From Pyrinomonadaceae bacterium (GTDB taxonomy: Bacteria > Acidobacteriota > Blastocatellia > Pyrinomonadales > Pyrinomonadaceae), in the NCBI GenBank assembly GCA_046313635.1, contig JBKBYA010000001.1, positions 352,001 through 416,000 of the forward strand: DNA of 64,000 nt, written 5' to 3'. Positions 17,907 to 27,324 of this stretch are shown piece after piece. Position 1 is the first letter of the stretch; each line of letters begins with the position of its first letter. A program made the translations under genes and the position numbers. The notes below the pieces were generated by a model. The model saw nothing but the letters and a program-made list of their open reading frames with translations. It did no database searches and was not told the DNA's origin.

Positions 17907-19027
17907 ATCAAGAGATACGCTCGCAATTCAAGGCCGCCAACGATCACGTCTATCTCAACAGCGCCGCCGTTTCGCCGCTGCCGCGGGTCGCGATCGAGGC
18001 CGTGAACCGTCAACTCAACGACGTCGCCGCGCACGGCTCGTCGCATTACACCGAATGGATCGCGACCAAGAACCGCGCCCGTGCGCTGCTTGCCGGGATG
18101 ATGAACGTGCACGCCGAGCAGGTAGCGTTTACGCGAAACACTTCGGACGGTTTTGCGACGGTCGCGGCCGGCCTGCGCTGGCAGAAAGGCGACAACGTCG
18201 TCTCGTTCGCCAAGGAGTTTCCCGCAAACTGGTATCCCTGGCGGCGAATCCGCGACGCATTCGGTGTTGAGCTGCGGCTTTGCCCAGAGCGCGACGGTCG
18301 GATCGATCTGGACGAGTTTGTTTCTCTCATCGATCGAAATACAAAGGTCGTCGCGATCAGCTCGGTGCAGTTCGCCTCGGGCTTCAAGGCCGATCTCGAG
18401 AGGATCGGACGCGCCGCGCGTCAGGTCGATGCGCTCTTTTGCGTGGACATCATCCAGGGCCTCGGCGCGACCCGCTACGATCTGCCGGCGCAGTATGTCG
18501 ACGCCGCCTCGGGCGCGAGCCACAAATGGCTGTGCGCACCGGAGGGCTGCGGTTACCTTTATCTCTCTGACCGCGCTCGCGAGAGAATCGAGCCGACGCT
18601 CGTCGGCTGGATCAGCGTCGATACGCCGTGGGATTTCGACGATCGCGAGCAGCCTTTCAAGCCGAATGCTCTCGCGTGGGAAAGCGGTACCGGAACGGCA
18701 TCGCTCTTTTACGGGTTGGAGCAAAGTCTGCTGCTTTTGAATTCGGCCGGACTGGACAGGATCGAGAAGCATCTCGCCGGCCTGACCGACACTATCTGCG
18801 ATGGACTGGCCGGCCGCGATTACCATTTGATCAGCTCGCGACGCCCCGGCGAGAGCTCCGCCATCGTCTGCATCAAGAGCTCGAAAGGCATCTCGTCAAA
18901 CGACCTCGCCGAGACGCTCGCGGCCCGAGGCATTATCGTCTCGCCTCGCGGCGACCGCCTACGGATCGCCCCGCACTTCTACAACGATCGTAAAGACATC
19001 GAAAGGCTGCTCGACGCTCTGCCGTGA
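17903..19027 (+). CDS. Class V PLP-dependent aminotransferase / cysteine desulfurase-like
   Basis: YLNSAAVSP, VDIIQ, SHKWLCAPEG, RIAPHFYN. Confidence 0.88.
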   Translation: MNQEIRSQFKAANDHVYLNSAAVSPLPRVAIEAVNRQLNDVAAHGSSHYTEWIATKNRARALLAGMMNVHAEQVAFTRNTSDGFATVAAGLRWQKGDNVVSFAKEFPANWYPWRRIRDAFGVELRLCPERDGRIDLDEFVSLIDRNTKVVAISSVQFASGFKADLERIGRAARQVDALFCVDIIQGLGATRYDLPAQYVDAASGASHKWLCAPEGCGYLYLSDRARERIEPTLVGWISVDTPWDFDDREQPFKPNALAWESGTGTASLFYGLEQSLLLLNSAGLDRIEKHLAGLTDTICDGLAGRDYHLISSRRPGESSAIVCIKSSKGISSNDLAETLAARGIIVSPRGDRLRIAPHFYNDRKDIERLLDALP

Positions 19028-19029
19028 GG

Positions 19030-19779
19030 CTACTCGTTCAGCAGGCGGTCGGCGGCAAGCTCCGGCGTGAGACCGTCGAGATTGAGCCGGACCATTCCGC
19101 CGGCGTCCGAGAATTCTCTGATCTGCCTGCGCTGTTTTTCCCTGATCTGGAAAAAGAGAAATCCGATCAGCAATCCCGCGAGGACGGCTGTTCCCATTCC
19201 GATCGCGATGGCCTTGAGCGTCGACAAAAAGATGTCGGCCGTCGTGATCGCAAAGCTCCGTTCGAGCTTTTCGTAGAAGAAAGGATCTTCGCCGAGCCAC
19301 TGGACGGTCTTTTCGTATTTGACCTGCTCGAGCAGCACTTTTGCGTCCGACAGGTCGGGAGCGTCAAAGACAAAGGCGTTGTAGTTGCCGATGCGGCGAT
19401 ACTCGATCCGGCTGTCGGGATTTGCGGCGAGCCACTCGCCGGCCTTGGCGTCGGCGTCGGCCGAGGCCTGGGGGGTCATGAACTCGATCACCAAAAGCCG
19501 GCCTTCCGGATATTCTGCCGTGACCGCCTCTGTTCCCTTCGGGAACTCGATGCCGTCGAGTATCGGCCGCTTTCCGACGATCCCCGGCAGCCCGGACATA
19601 TCGTTCAGAAACGTCGCTCGCTGGCTGACCTCGGTCCAATTCGGCAAATGTTTGACCAGCACGGGCAGGCCGTCTGACTCCGAAACCTCCTGCGACCGTC
19701 CCTGACCGTATAACGACGAAACCGCACCGGCAAGCCACGCCGCAATAAACAAAACTAGCGTAAAAGCAGCTCTTTTCAT
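19030..19779 (-). CDS. Hypothetical exported protein with C-terminal TM anchor
   Basis: Signal peptide MKRAAF..., C-terminal TM helix, FSDAGGMVRLNLD tail. Confidence 0.7.
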   Translation of the reverse strand: MKRAAFTLVLFIAAWLAGAVSSLYGQGRSQEVSESDGLPVLVKHLPNWTEVSQRATFLNDMSGLPGIVGKRPILDGIEFPKGTEAVTAEYPEGRLLVIEFMTPQASADADAKAGEWLAANPDSRIEYRRIGNYNAFVFDAPDLSDAKVLLEQVKYEKTVQWLGEDPFFYEKLERSFAITTADIFLSTLKAIAIGMGTAVLAGLLIGFLFFQIREKQRRQIREFSDAGGMVRLNLDGLTPELAADRLLNE

Positions 19780-20034
19780 GGTGATAATGCCGGTGCCAAA
19801 CGGAGATGATCGCCAGATCAAGGGAATCTTGATACTAGCACCTTCCGCCGGTCTGGCGAAGCTTGTAGCGAAACTGTACATAGCGCAAATGGTGTAAAAC
19901 GATCACTTGAGCCCATACCGTTTCGTACGAATCCAAGCTTGGATGAGTGCCGAAATCTATAGTATGTCTGCCAAAGTGCAACAAATCTCGGGTTTACGCG
20001 TTTGAATATAACTACTCGTTTTGCAGAATACTTC

Positions 20035-20049
20035 TGGCACGATGATTGA
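20035..20049 (+). promoter_or_regulatory. Putative sigma54-type promoter for the ECF sigma gene
   Basis: TGGCACG-ATGA-TTGA; predicted start site falls just before the GAGGGGG RBS. Confidence 0.45.
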
Positions 20050-20078
20050 AGAATCAGCCGAACGAGGGGGAATCAGAA

Positions 20079-20744
20079 ATGACCACAGAAACTTTAAATT
20101 TCCCGGTATTTCAAAACGCGGACGTCGTGGACGAGGTCGAGAACAAGGCCGGCGAGCAGGGCGAGAAAGTGAACGTCGCGGACGCGACCGATTTTCAGCT
20201 CGCGCAGCGTGCGGCCGGCGGCGACATGGCGGCATTCGAGGAGATCTACCAGCGGCATCATCGCCGCGTTTACTCGATCTGCTTGAGGATGCTGCAGAAC
20301 GCGCACGAGGCCGAAGACCTGACGCAGGACGTCTTTATCCAGCTGTACCGCAAGATAGGCAGCTTTCGCGGCGATTCGGCCTTCACGACATGGCTGCACC
20401 GGATGACGGTCAACCAGGTCCTGATGCACTTCCGCAAGCGGACGGTCAAATTCGAGAAGACGACCGAGGAAGGCGAGACGCCCGACCAGGTTGTCGCCGG
20501 CACCGCGAATCCAAACAAGATGCCGATTGTCGACAAGATCGCTCTCGAGAACGCGATCGATCAGCTGCCGACCGGTTACAAGAACGTATTTGTGCTGCAC
20601 GACGTCGAAGGCTTTGAGCACGAAGAAGTTGCCCGTATCCTCGGCTGCTCGGTCGGCACATCGAAATCACAGCTTCACAAGGCACGGCTGAAACTGCAGA
20701 AGCTGCTCAAGAAGAAAGCCAATCCGAGGCTGATCGGAGCCTAA
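20079..20744 (+). CDS. ECF RNA polymerase sigma factor
   Basis: [40 protein letters not shown]. Confidence 0.93.
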   Translation: MTTETLNFPVFQNADVVDEVENKAGEQGEKVNVADATDFQLAQRAAGGDMAAFEEIYQRHHRRVYSICLRMLQNAHEAEDLTQDVFIQLYRKIGSFRGDSAFTTWLHRMTVNQVLMHFRKRTVKFEKTTEEGETPDQVVAGTANPNKMPIVDKIALENAIDQLPTGYKNVFVLHDVEGFEHEEVARILGCSVGTSKSQLHKARLKLQKLLKKKANPRLIGA

Positions 20745-20769
20745 GGCATTATTCGGAATCATAATTGGA

Positions 20770-20807
20770 AAAGGCTTCCCGTTTGAGGAAGCCTTTCGGT
20801 TTTTTTT
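20770..20807 (+). terminator. Intrinsic terminator (likely bidirectional)
   Basis: AAAGGCTTCC / GGAAGCCTTT stem followed by a T run, between convergent genes. Confidence 0.8.
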
Positions 20808-20825
20808 CGCCGTATTGCCGTGAGC

Positions 20826-21971
20826 CTAAAGCAACGTCTCTTTGATCTCGATCTCTCGCTTTGCCAACTCAGCCACGAACTTCTCCGGATCGATCGCCCT
20901 TTCCTGCGGCGTCGCCCCGCGAACCAAAACTTCGCCCTTCGCCATCATCTGGGCGATGATCGACGCGGGGAACGCGGTCGTTCGCATCATTGACGAGAGG
21001 CCGGTTTGCTCGTCAAATTTGTCCACGATGTCGTAACGGAGCGTTTTGCTCTCGCCGTCCTTGCGGCCGACAAATTCCAAACGCACCAGAACATGATCCG
21101 GCCCGTCCGCCGGCAGATGCCTCTGCAGCAGCTCGCCGAAGACCTTCCGCGGTACGACCTTTTGAAAGTCGGCGACGATCTCCTCGCTCGAGCACAGCCC
21201 GAGGTCGATCATCGTCTTGAACTTCTCGCAGTGCCCCGCATAACGGATGGTCTTGTAATCGAGCTCGCGGACCTTGCCCAAAAAAGTGTCCGGCAGCGTT
21301 GACGTCCCGCCCGACGTTTGAAAGGCCTCGAGCGGAGGGAAGCCTTCGAATTCCAAACTCTCGATCTCGGTCATCGACTCGATCTCCGCGATCTTTCCGT
21401 CGCGGATCACGCGGGCGACCTCGACGTACTCGTTGATCAGTCCTTCGACCGAAAAGACGAGCTGGTAATTCAGCGGCGGCTGCGGCCGCTGAGGCAGACC
21501 GCCGACGCGGATGTGGATCTCATCTACTTCGTCGAATCTCGCCGCGCCGTGCATCGCGAGGATCGAGACCATCCCCGGCGCGAGACCGCAGTCGGGAATA
21601 ATGTTTATCCCGGCAGCCTTTGCTGCGTCGTCGAGCGCGAGCTGCTCGTCGACGACGTAGTTATTGCCGCCGAGATCGCAAAAGTTGGCGCCCGCGTCGA
21701 TCGCCGAGCGCGAGAGCTCGACGTTGTACCAGTAATTGACGCACGAGATCACCGAGTCGTGCCCGCGCATCAGGCGGGCGACATCCGGCTGATCGCCGGC
21801 GTTTACCTGCCGCGCGACGATGCGGTCGGTGCCGACCTGTCGGGCGACAAGTTCCGCCTTTTTCAGATCGAGATCTGCGACAGTCACCTGCGAGACACCA
21901 GGCGAATTATGGACGAGATCATAAGCGGCGCCGTGGCCCATGCGGCCGGCGCCCAGGACGAGGATCTTCAT
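20826..21971 (-). CDS. Saccharopine dehydrogenase / lysine 6-dehydrogenase family
   Basis: MKILVLGAGRMG, PDCGLAPG, IRVGGLP, YKTIRYAGH. Confidence 0.88.
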   Translation of the reverse strand: MKILVLGAGRMGHGAAYDLVHNSPGVSQVTVADLDLKKAELVARQVGTDRIVARQVNAGDQPDVARLMRGHDSVISCVNYWYNVELSRSAIDAGANFCDLGGNNYVVDEQLALDDAAKAAGINIIPDCGLAPGMVSILAMHGAARFDEVDEIHIRVGGLPQRPQPPLNYQLVFSVEGLINEYVEVARVIRDGKIAEIESMTEIESLEFEGFPPLEAFQTSGGTSTLPDTFLGKVRELDYKTIRYAGHCEKFKTMIDLGLCSSEEIVADFQKVVPRKVFGELLQRHLPADGPDHVLVRLEFVGRKDGESKTLRYDIVDKFDEQTGLSSMMRTTAFPASIIAQMMAKGEVLVRGATPQERAIDPEKFVAELAKREIEIKETLL

Positions 21972-22030
21972 AACCGAGAAGTTAGTAAAAATGAAGCAGA
22001 GCAGGCAATATCGCTGCGCCCGCCGACGAA

Positions 22031-22396
22031 TTACCAATCGTTGTCGTCCTCGGGCTTTTCATTGGCGATCGTTTCAGCCGCGAGACTGAGTACTTTTTTC
22101 TTCCAAGCGCGGATCTGATCGGTCAGCATCAGGGCGGCCTGCGGATGAGCGGCGTTGCGTTCGAGACGGATGACCTCGGCCTTGACGGTCACCTCATCCT
22201 TTGGATTCTCGGTAACGGTCAACTCGACCTTGCTGCCGACGGTCGGCAACAGTCTCGGCAGGTAGATCAACGTGCCTTGGGGACCGATATTCTCGGTCAG
22301 GCCCTCTTCGACGACGACCTTTCCGTTCTCATCTTTCCACTTCACGCGGATCGGGAATGCGACCACGAACCGGCCAGCGCTGCGGCGTTCTTCCAT
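22031..22396 (-). CDS. PilZ domain protein
   Basis: ERRSAGR (RxxxR) and TENIGPQG motifs. Confidence 0.75.
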   Translation of the reverse strand: MEERRSAGRFVVAFPIRVKWKDENGKVVVEEGLTENIGPQGTLIYLPRLLPTVGSKVELTVTENPKDEVTVKAEVIRLERNAAHPQAALMLTDQIRAWKKKVLSLAAETIANEKPEDDNDW

Positions 22397-22547
22397 AAAA
22401 TTCTCGCGGTAATTGACGCGGGGACGCGTCGCCGAACGACCTACCGAATATAAGCGATATGCTCTTTGCAAGTCCACCTTGCTTGCATAAGCAAAACTTT
22501 GAAAACCGAAACCCCAAATAACATAAGGGGTTCCGGACTTTTAGCTA

Positions 22548-22577
22548 TGGACAGACCCGCGGGCCATTTGTTAGAAT
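22548..22577 (+). promoter_or_regulatory. sigma70-type promoter for the 3D-domain gene
   Basis: TGGACA-18 nt-TAGAAT with extended TG. Confidence 0.55.
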
Positions 22578-22583
22578 CTTCGC

Positions 22584-22743
22584 ATGTCTTAATTGCGATC
22601 GATTAAGAACAGGTGGAATGGGCCACCGGTTTTGTCCTTCATTCTACGCACACAAAAACCGCAGTTTGGTTTTACGAGAAAGGGGTACTGACTTTTGTGC
22701 CTATTTCTGCGCGAGTGAAGAGAAGAACTTAGGAGATTGATAA
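22584..22743 (+). promoter_or_regulatory. Structured ~160-nt 5' leader (candidate cis-regulatory RNA)
   Basis: Four consecutive stem-loops visible by complementarity; see findings. Confidence 0.45.
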
Positions 22744-23235
22744 ATGAATAGACTCGTGAGAGGAGCGGCGGTCCTGTCGCTTATCGGGGTTTTTGTCGCG
22801 TATATGTACGCGCAAGCCTCCGCCAACACAGGAAACGTACTTACTACTACGAGGGTGTCGCAACCGCATCACGACGGCAGCTCAGAGGTTGAGAGCACGG
22901 CCGTCCAAACTCAACAAGCAGGGAAGGATCAAAAGCTGGTTAAAAAAACAGGTTTAGTTAGCGCGAGCAAGGGGGCATTTACAGCGACAGCCTATTGTTT
23001 GAAAGGAAGAACCGCAATGGGGCACGGCGTACGCCGGGGCATCATTGCAGCGGACCCGAGAGTTCTCAAACTCGGGAAAACCGTTTTACTCAACGCCGGA
23101 GCTTACAGCGGCCAGTACCTGGTCAGCGATACCGGCGGTGCGGTACGAGGGCGAAAGATCGATATCTGGGTCCCGAGCTGCGCTGAGGCCCGACGATTTG
23201 GTCGCAGGACGATCTCGGTAAGCCTTGTCGAATAA
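22744..23235 (+). CDS. 3D domain protein (peptidoglycan lytic transglycosylase-like)
   Basis: Signal/TM segment, TATAYC, IAADP, SDTGGAVRGRKIDIW; AGGAG RBS. Confidence 0.9.
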   Translation: MNRLVRGAAVLSLIGVFVAYMYAQASANTGNVLTTTRVSQPHHDGSSEVESTAVQTQQAGKDQKLVKKTGLVSASKGAFTATAYCLKGRTAMGHGVRRGIIAADPRVLKLGKTVLLNAGAYSGQYLVSDTGGAVRGRKIDIWVPSCAEARRFGRRTISVSLVE

Positions 23236-23264
23236 AACATAGATCTTAAAGAAGCTACGATACA

Positions 23265-23300
23265 AGAAGCCGTCACATCGAGTGACGGTTTTCTTTTTAT
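23265..23300 (+). terminator. Intrinsic terminator
   Basis: AAGCCGTCAC / GTGACGGTTT stem plus T-rich tail. Confidence 0.8.
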
Positions 23301-23460
23301 TTCAGGATCGGTTGGCGCGAATATACGCACCCACACAGCGAGTGTCGACACTTATAAGCCGCGTCTTCCCCGACAAGATGGTTCGCCCACGGAAGAGTTT
23401 TCTTTAAGGCAGAGATTTTTTCACTACTGATCTCACTCCCGGACTCGACTCGCCAGCCTC

Positions 23461-23901
23461 TCAAGGTTCCCTCACCGCCTCAAGCGCGCTCTTGCGCGGG
23501 AAGTGAAACAGCACCGAGAGTGCGCCCAGCAAGATCCAGATAAAAAAGTACTGGTACTCCCAGACGAGAGCGAGGATGAGCCCAAGCACCGAGGGCACCT
23601 CGCCGAGCGCACAGCCGAGGACGAGGCCGGTCTGCACGCAGCCTGCGTCGCGATCGCGCACTGCGCGGCGCATGTGCTGGGCCGAGAGCACGAAGGAGAG
23701 AACAAAAAAGACGATCGCCGACGCGATGAACGCAAGCGTGATCAGCGGCTGATCGCCCAGCGGCGGCCGCGAAAGATCGACCGATAGCAGCTCAGGCCTT
23801 ATCGCGTAGATCACGATCGCAAAGACCACCTGCGACGCGAGCAGCGATGCCCATATGACGACGAGCGACTCGTACTTTACGGTGATCGGTTTGTCGGACA
23901 T
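23461..23901 (-). CDS. Hypothetical membrane protein
   Basis: About four hydrophobic helices; start overlaps the ABC gene stop. Confidence 0.75.
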   Translation of the reverse strand: MSDKPITVKYESLVVIWASLLASQVVFAIVIYAIRPELLSVDLSRPPLGDQPLITLAFIASAIVFFVLSFVLSAQHMRRAVRDRDAGCVQTGLVLGCALGEVPSVLGLILALVWEYQYFFIWILLGALSVLFHFPRKSALEAVREP

Positions 23902-25712
23902 TATTCGGTCGCCTCCAATTCTTCCTCGAGCAGTTGCCGCTGGTACAGTTCGGCGTATTCGCCTTCGAGAGCGAGCAATTCGTCGTGCGTTCCGCGTTCG
24001 ATTATACGGCCTTCGTCGAGCACGCAGATGAGATCTGCGTCTCTGATGGTCGAGACGCGGTGCGAAACGATGATCGTCGTCCGCTCGCTGCGCACGCCGC
24101 GCAGGTTGCGAAGTATCTTCTCTTCGGTATAAGTGTCGACCGCCGAGAGCGCGTCGTCGAGGATGAGAATGCGGGGCCAGCGCATCACGGCACGAGCGAT
24201 CGCGGTCCGCTGCTTTTGCCCGCCCGAAAGCGTGATGCCGCGTTCGCCGACGAGCTGCTCGTACTTGCCCGGAAAGCTGCGTATGTCCTCCGCGAGCCCG
24301 GCGATCTCGGCGGCCTTTTCGACGGTCATAGCTGATGAGCTGAGGAGCGGAGTAGTTGGGGAGGCGAGGAGATTCTCCTTTGCTCCTCTACTCCTCCGCT
24401 CCTCCGCTCCGTCGTCGATCCCGAACGCAATATTCGCCGCCAACGTGTCGCTGAAGAGAAACGTCTCCTGCGGCACAAAGCCGATCGCCCGCCGCAGCTG
24501 GGCGAGCGGGTATTGGCGAATGGGCCGGCCGTCGATGAATACCGTGCCTTCGGGAGCGTCGAGCAGGCGCGGGATGAGCGAGACGAGCGTCGATTTGCCG
24601 CTGCCGGTTCGCCCGACGAGCGCGACCGTCTTGCCCTGTTCGATCTTGAGGTCGATGTGGTGCAGCACCGGCTTGCCGTTATACGCAAAAGTGAGATCGC
24701 GAAATTCGATCGTGCCCCTGATCGGCGGCTGCTCGTGCACGTCGTCGGCGTCTTTGATCGTCGGTTCGGTCTCGAGTACCGAGTTAAAGCGTTTGAGCGA
24801 CGCCGTGCCTCGCTGATAGAGATTGACGACGTAGCCGAGCGCGATGAGATACCAGATCATCCGCTGCAGATAGAGAATGAAAGCCGTAAAGTCGCCCGCC
24901 GTGATCTCGCCGTTGACCGCCATCGGCACGCCGACCGCGACGATGATGACAAAGCCGAGCCCGATGAAAAAGAACAAAAGCGGCCGCATCGCCGCGGCGT
25001 ATTTCACGAGCTTCAGATTCTGCGCCGCGTATTCGCGGTTGAGCACTTGGAATTGCTCGATCTCCGCCTCCTCCTGCGCGTAAGCGCGGACGACGCGGAC
25101 GCCTGTGAGATTCTCCTGAGCTCTCGCCGTGATGTCGGAGAAGAACTCCTGGATCTTTTCAAAGCGTTGATGAATGCGCGCACCCAAAAACTTTACCGTC
25201 AGCGAGACGAGCGGCATCGGGATCAGCAGCAGCAGCGTCAGCTTGACAGAAATGTTGAGCATGATCGGCAGCGAGATCGCGAGCGCGAATATGGCCTGAA
25301 AGCTGTACAGGATCATCGGGCCGACGATCTGCCTTATCGCGGCGAGGTCGTTGGTCGCGCGGGCCATCAGGTCGCCGACGCGATTCTTCTGAAAGTACTC
25401 GAGCGGCTGGTCGACAAGCGCGGCGTAAAAATCCTGCCGCATATCAAACTCGATGTGCCGCGAGGTGTTGATCAGCAGACGCCGCTGCCAAAACAGAAAG
25501 ACACCGCTCGCGAGATTGATGCCGAGGATGACGAGCGGATAATAGACGATCTTGTCCCACGTGATGCCGGCCCTGAGGTCGTCGATCGCCCGCCCGACCA
25601 TAAAAGGCACCAGCAGCCCGAACGCCATCGAGCACAGGATAAAAAATATCCCGAGCAGGATCGACCACTTGTAAGGCCGGAAGTATCTGGCGAATTTTCG
25701 AAGCTGCTCCAT
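23901..25712 (-). CDS. ABC transporter fused permease/ATP-binding protein (MdlA-like)
   Basis: TMD, Walker [23 protein letters not shown]; carries an extra segment of about 27 aa. Confidence 0.93.
   Translation of the reverse strand: MEQLRKFARYFRPYKWSILLGIFFILCSMAFGLLVPFMVGRAIDDLRAGITWDKIVYYPLVILGINLASGVFLFWQRRLLINTSRHIEFDMRQDFYAALVDQPLEYFQKNRVGDLMARATNDLAAIRQIVGPMILYSFQAIFALAISLPIMLNISVKLTLLLLIPMPLVSLTVKFLGARIHQRFEKIQEFFSDITARAQENLTGVRVVRAYAQEEAEIEQFQVLNREYAAQNLKLVKYAAAMRPLLFFFIGLGFVIIVAVGVPMAVNGEITAGDFTAFILYLQRMIWYLIALGYVVNLYQRGTASLKRFNSVLETEPTIKDADDVHEQPPIRGTIEFRDLTFAYNGKPVLHHIDLKIEQGKTVALVGRTGSGKSTLVSLIPRLLDAPEGTVFIDGRPIRQYPLAQLRRAIGFVPQETFLFSDTLAANIAFGIDDGAEERRSRGAKENLLASPTTPLLSSSAMTVEKAAEIAGLAEDIRSFPGKYEQLVGERGITLSGGQKQRTAIARAVMRWPRILILDDALSAVDTYTEEKILRNLRGVRSERTTIIVSHRVSTIRDADLICVLDEGRIIERGTHDELLALEGEYAELYQRQLLEEELEATE
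24330..24410. repeat. Inverted octamer-array palindrome inside the ABC coding sequence
   Basis: Coding strand GGAGCGGA GGAGCGGA GGAGTAGA GGAGCAAA ... CTCCTCGC CTCCCCAA CTACTCCG CTCCTCAG CTCATCAG. Confidence 0.75.
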
Positions 25713-25720
25713 GGTCGTTA

Positions 25721-25919
25721 AGTACCAGAGTTACGGAGTTACGGAGTACCGGAGTACCAGAGTTGCGAAGTACCTAAGTTGCGGAAAGTTGCAGGCAGTT
25801 GCGGAAAGTTGCAGGAACAACAAGGTACTCGGGTACTCCGCAACTCTGGTACTCCGGTACTCCGTAACTCTGGTACTCCGGTACTCCGCAACTTCGGAAC
25901 TTCGTAACTTCGCAACTCC
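25721..25919. repeat. Inverted array of tandem 8-mers (plus four 10-mers)
   Basis: Left arm AGTACCAG/AGTTACGG/AGTACCGG units; right arm 12 complementary units GGTACTCC/GCAACTCT/GTAACTTC. Confidence 0.9.
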
Positions 25920-26348
25920 CTAGACCCTCGTATACGTCGACACCGCGGTCGCGATGAGTTTGCCTTTTTCGTTCTCGACGTCGGCGGTGACGGTGAAGAT
26001 CCGTTTGCCGGCTCGCACGACTCGGGCGATGCAGCGGCATTTGCCGGCGGCGTGCGGGCGAATGTAATGGATCGTCAGATCGATCGTCGCGGTCGGCTCG
26101 GTCGGACCGACGCGCGTGCGGACGGCGTAGGCCATCGCCGTGTCGATGAGCGTCGCGGTCACGCCGCCGTGCATGATGCCGAAGGGCTGCTCGAGGTCGG
26201 GCCGCATCTCGAGCTCGATGACCGCCTCGCCCGGCGCGAGGTCGACGAGGTGCATCCCAAAATGGCGCGCGAGCGGCATCTCCTGCAGACGGGCGGCGGC
26301 GTATCGCTTTTGTTCGTCGGTGATCTCTTGGGTCGCTGCGTCTTTCAT
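25920..26348 (-). CDS. PaaI family thioesterase
   Basis: GIMHGGVTATLIDTAM hotdog-fold motif. Confidence 0.9.
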   Translation of the reverse strand: MKDAATQEITDEQKRYAAARLQEMPLARHFGMHLVDLAPGEAVIELEMRPDLEQPFGIMHGGVTATLIDTAMAYAVRTRVGPTEPTATIDLTIHYIRPHAAGKCRCIARVVRAGKRIFTVTADVENEKGKLIATAVSTYTRV

Positions 26349-26465
26349 TCAAAAACGACTGACCGCCCCGCGGTCAAAAATACAAAGATCGCGCCCGGCA
26401 GGCGCGACCTCTAAAATGATTTGACAAAATCATTCGAGCGACCGAATTTTAACATATCGATCTTG

Positions 26466-27260
26466 ATGACCACGAACGCCCCGCCCGCCCTCGACACCCC
26501 GACGCTCGCACGACTGCAGCGCCGATATCTCATAGGAATGGCGGCGATCGCGCCCGTTTCGCCGCTGCTCTACGCGCTTGGGCAGTACACGCGGCTGCGG
26601 GTCGGCGTGCTGCCCGACGCGGCCGGGCCCGACCGCGGCGTCGCGGGCGCGGGCACCAACGGCGAAGCTCCCACCAAGCTGCTCGTGCTCGGCGAGTCGA
26701 CCGTCGCGGGCCTCGGCGCTCGCACACACGAGCTTGCCCTCGCGGGCCAATTTGCGCGGCGGCTGTCGGCGGCGATCTCGCGCCCGGTCGAATGGCACGT
26801 CATCGGCCGCAGCGGCGTCACGGCGCGGCGCACCATCGACGAGCTCGTGCCGCTCGTGCCGGCCGACGAAGAGTTTGCCCACATACTGCTCGGGCTCGGC
26901 GGCAACGACGTGCTCCGGCTGTCGAGTCCCGTCAAGTGGCGTCGCGATATGCTCGAGCTGATCGGAATACTGCGCCGGCACAGCCCGCGGGCGACGGTTT
27001 TTATGACCAACTGCCCGATGGTCAGGCTCTCGCCCGCCATCCCGCAGCCGCTGCGGGCGATACTGTGGGAGCTGTCAAAGATGCACGACGCCAACGCCCG
27101 CGAATTTACCGCCGCCCTGCCGCACGTACATTACTACCCGCAGCCGCGCGACTTTAACAGCCAGGGCTTTTTTGCCGACGGCATACACCCCTCGGAGCAG
27201 GGCTACGCCGACTGGGCCGAGGCGATGATGCGGCACTTTGGCGCGATCGAAGAATGGTGA
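26466..27260 (+). CDS. SGNH/GDSL hydrolase
   Basis: LGESTVAG, GRSG, GGND, DGIHP. Confidence 0.88.
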   Translation: MTTNAPPALDTPTLARLQRRYLIGMAAIAPVSPLLYALGQYTRLRVGVLPDAAGPDRGVAGAGTNGEAPTKLLVLGESTVAGLGARTHELALAGQFARRLSAAISRPVEWHVIGRSGVTARRTIDELVPLVPADEEFAHILLGLGGNDVLRLSSPVKWRRDMLELIGILRRHSPRATVFMTNCPMVRLSPAIPQPLRAILWELSKMHDANAREFTAALPHVHYYPQPRDFNSQGFFADGIHPSEQGYADWAEAMMRHFGAIEEW

Positions 27261-27272
27261 ATGAGCGACTCC

Positions 27273-27301
27273 TTGCCTGTCGTTTGCGGTAGTGTTAGAT
27301 T
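27273..27301 (+). promoter_or_regulatory. sigma70-type promoter at the left edge of the R-M islet
   Basis: TTGCCT-17 nt-TAGATT with extended TG. Confidence 0.5.
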
Positions 27302-27324
27302 TCGTTAGCTCCGTTCGAACTCAT

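Noticed and set aside
23301..23460. Possible sRNA between convergent genes (TCTTCC/GGAAGA stem)
   Set aside because: Single stem, no promoter or recognisable family
25721..25919. CRISPR array
   Set aside because: Units are 8-10 nt with no unique spacers, and there are no cas genes
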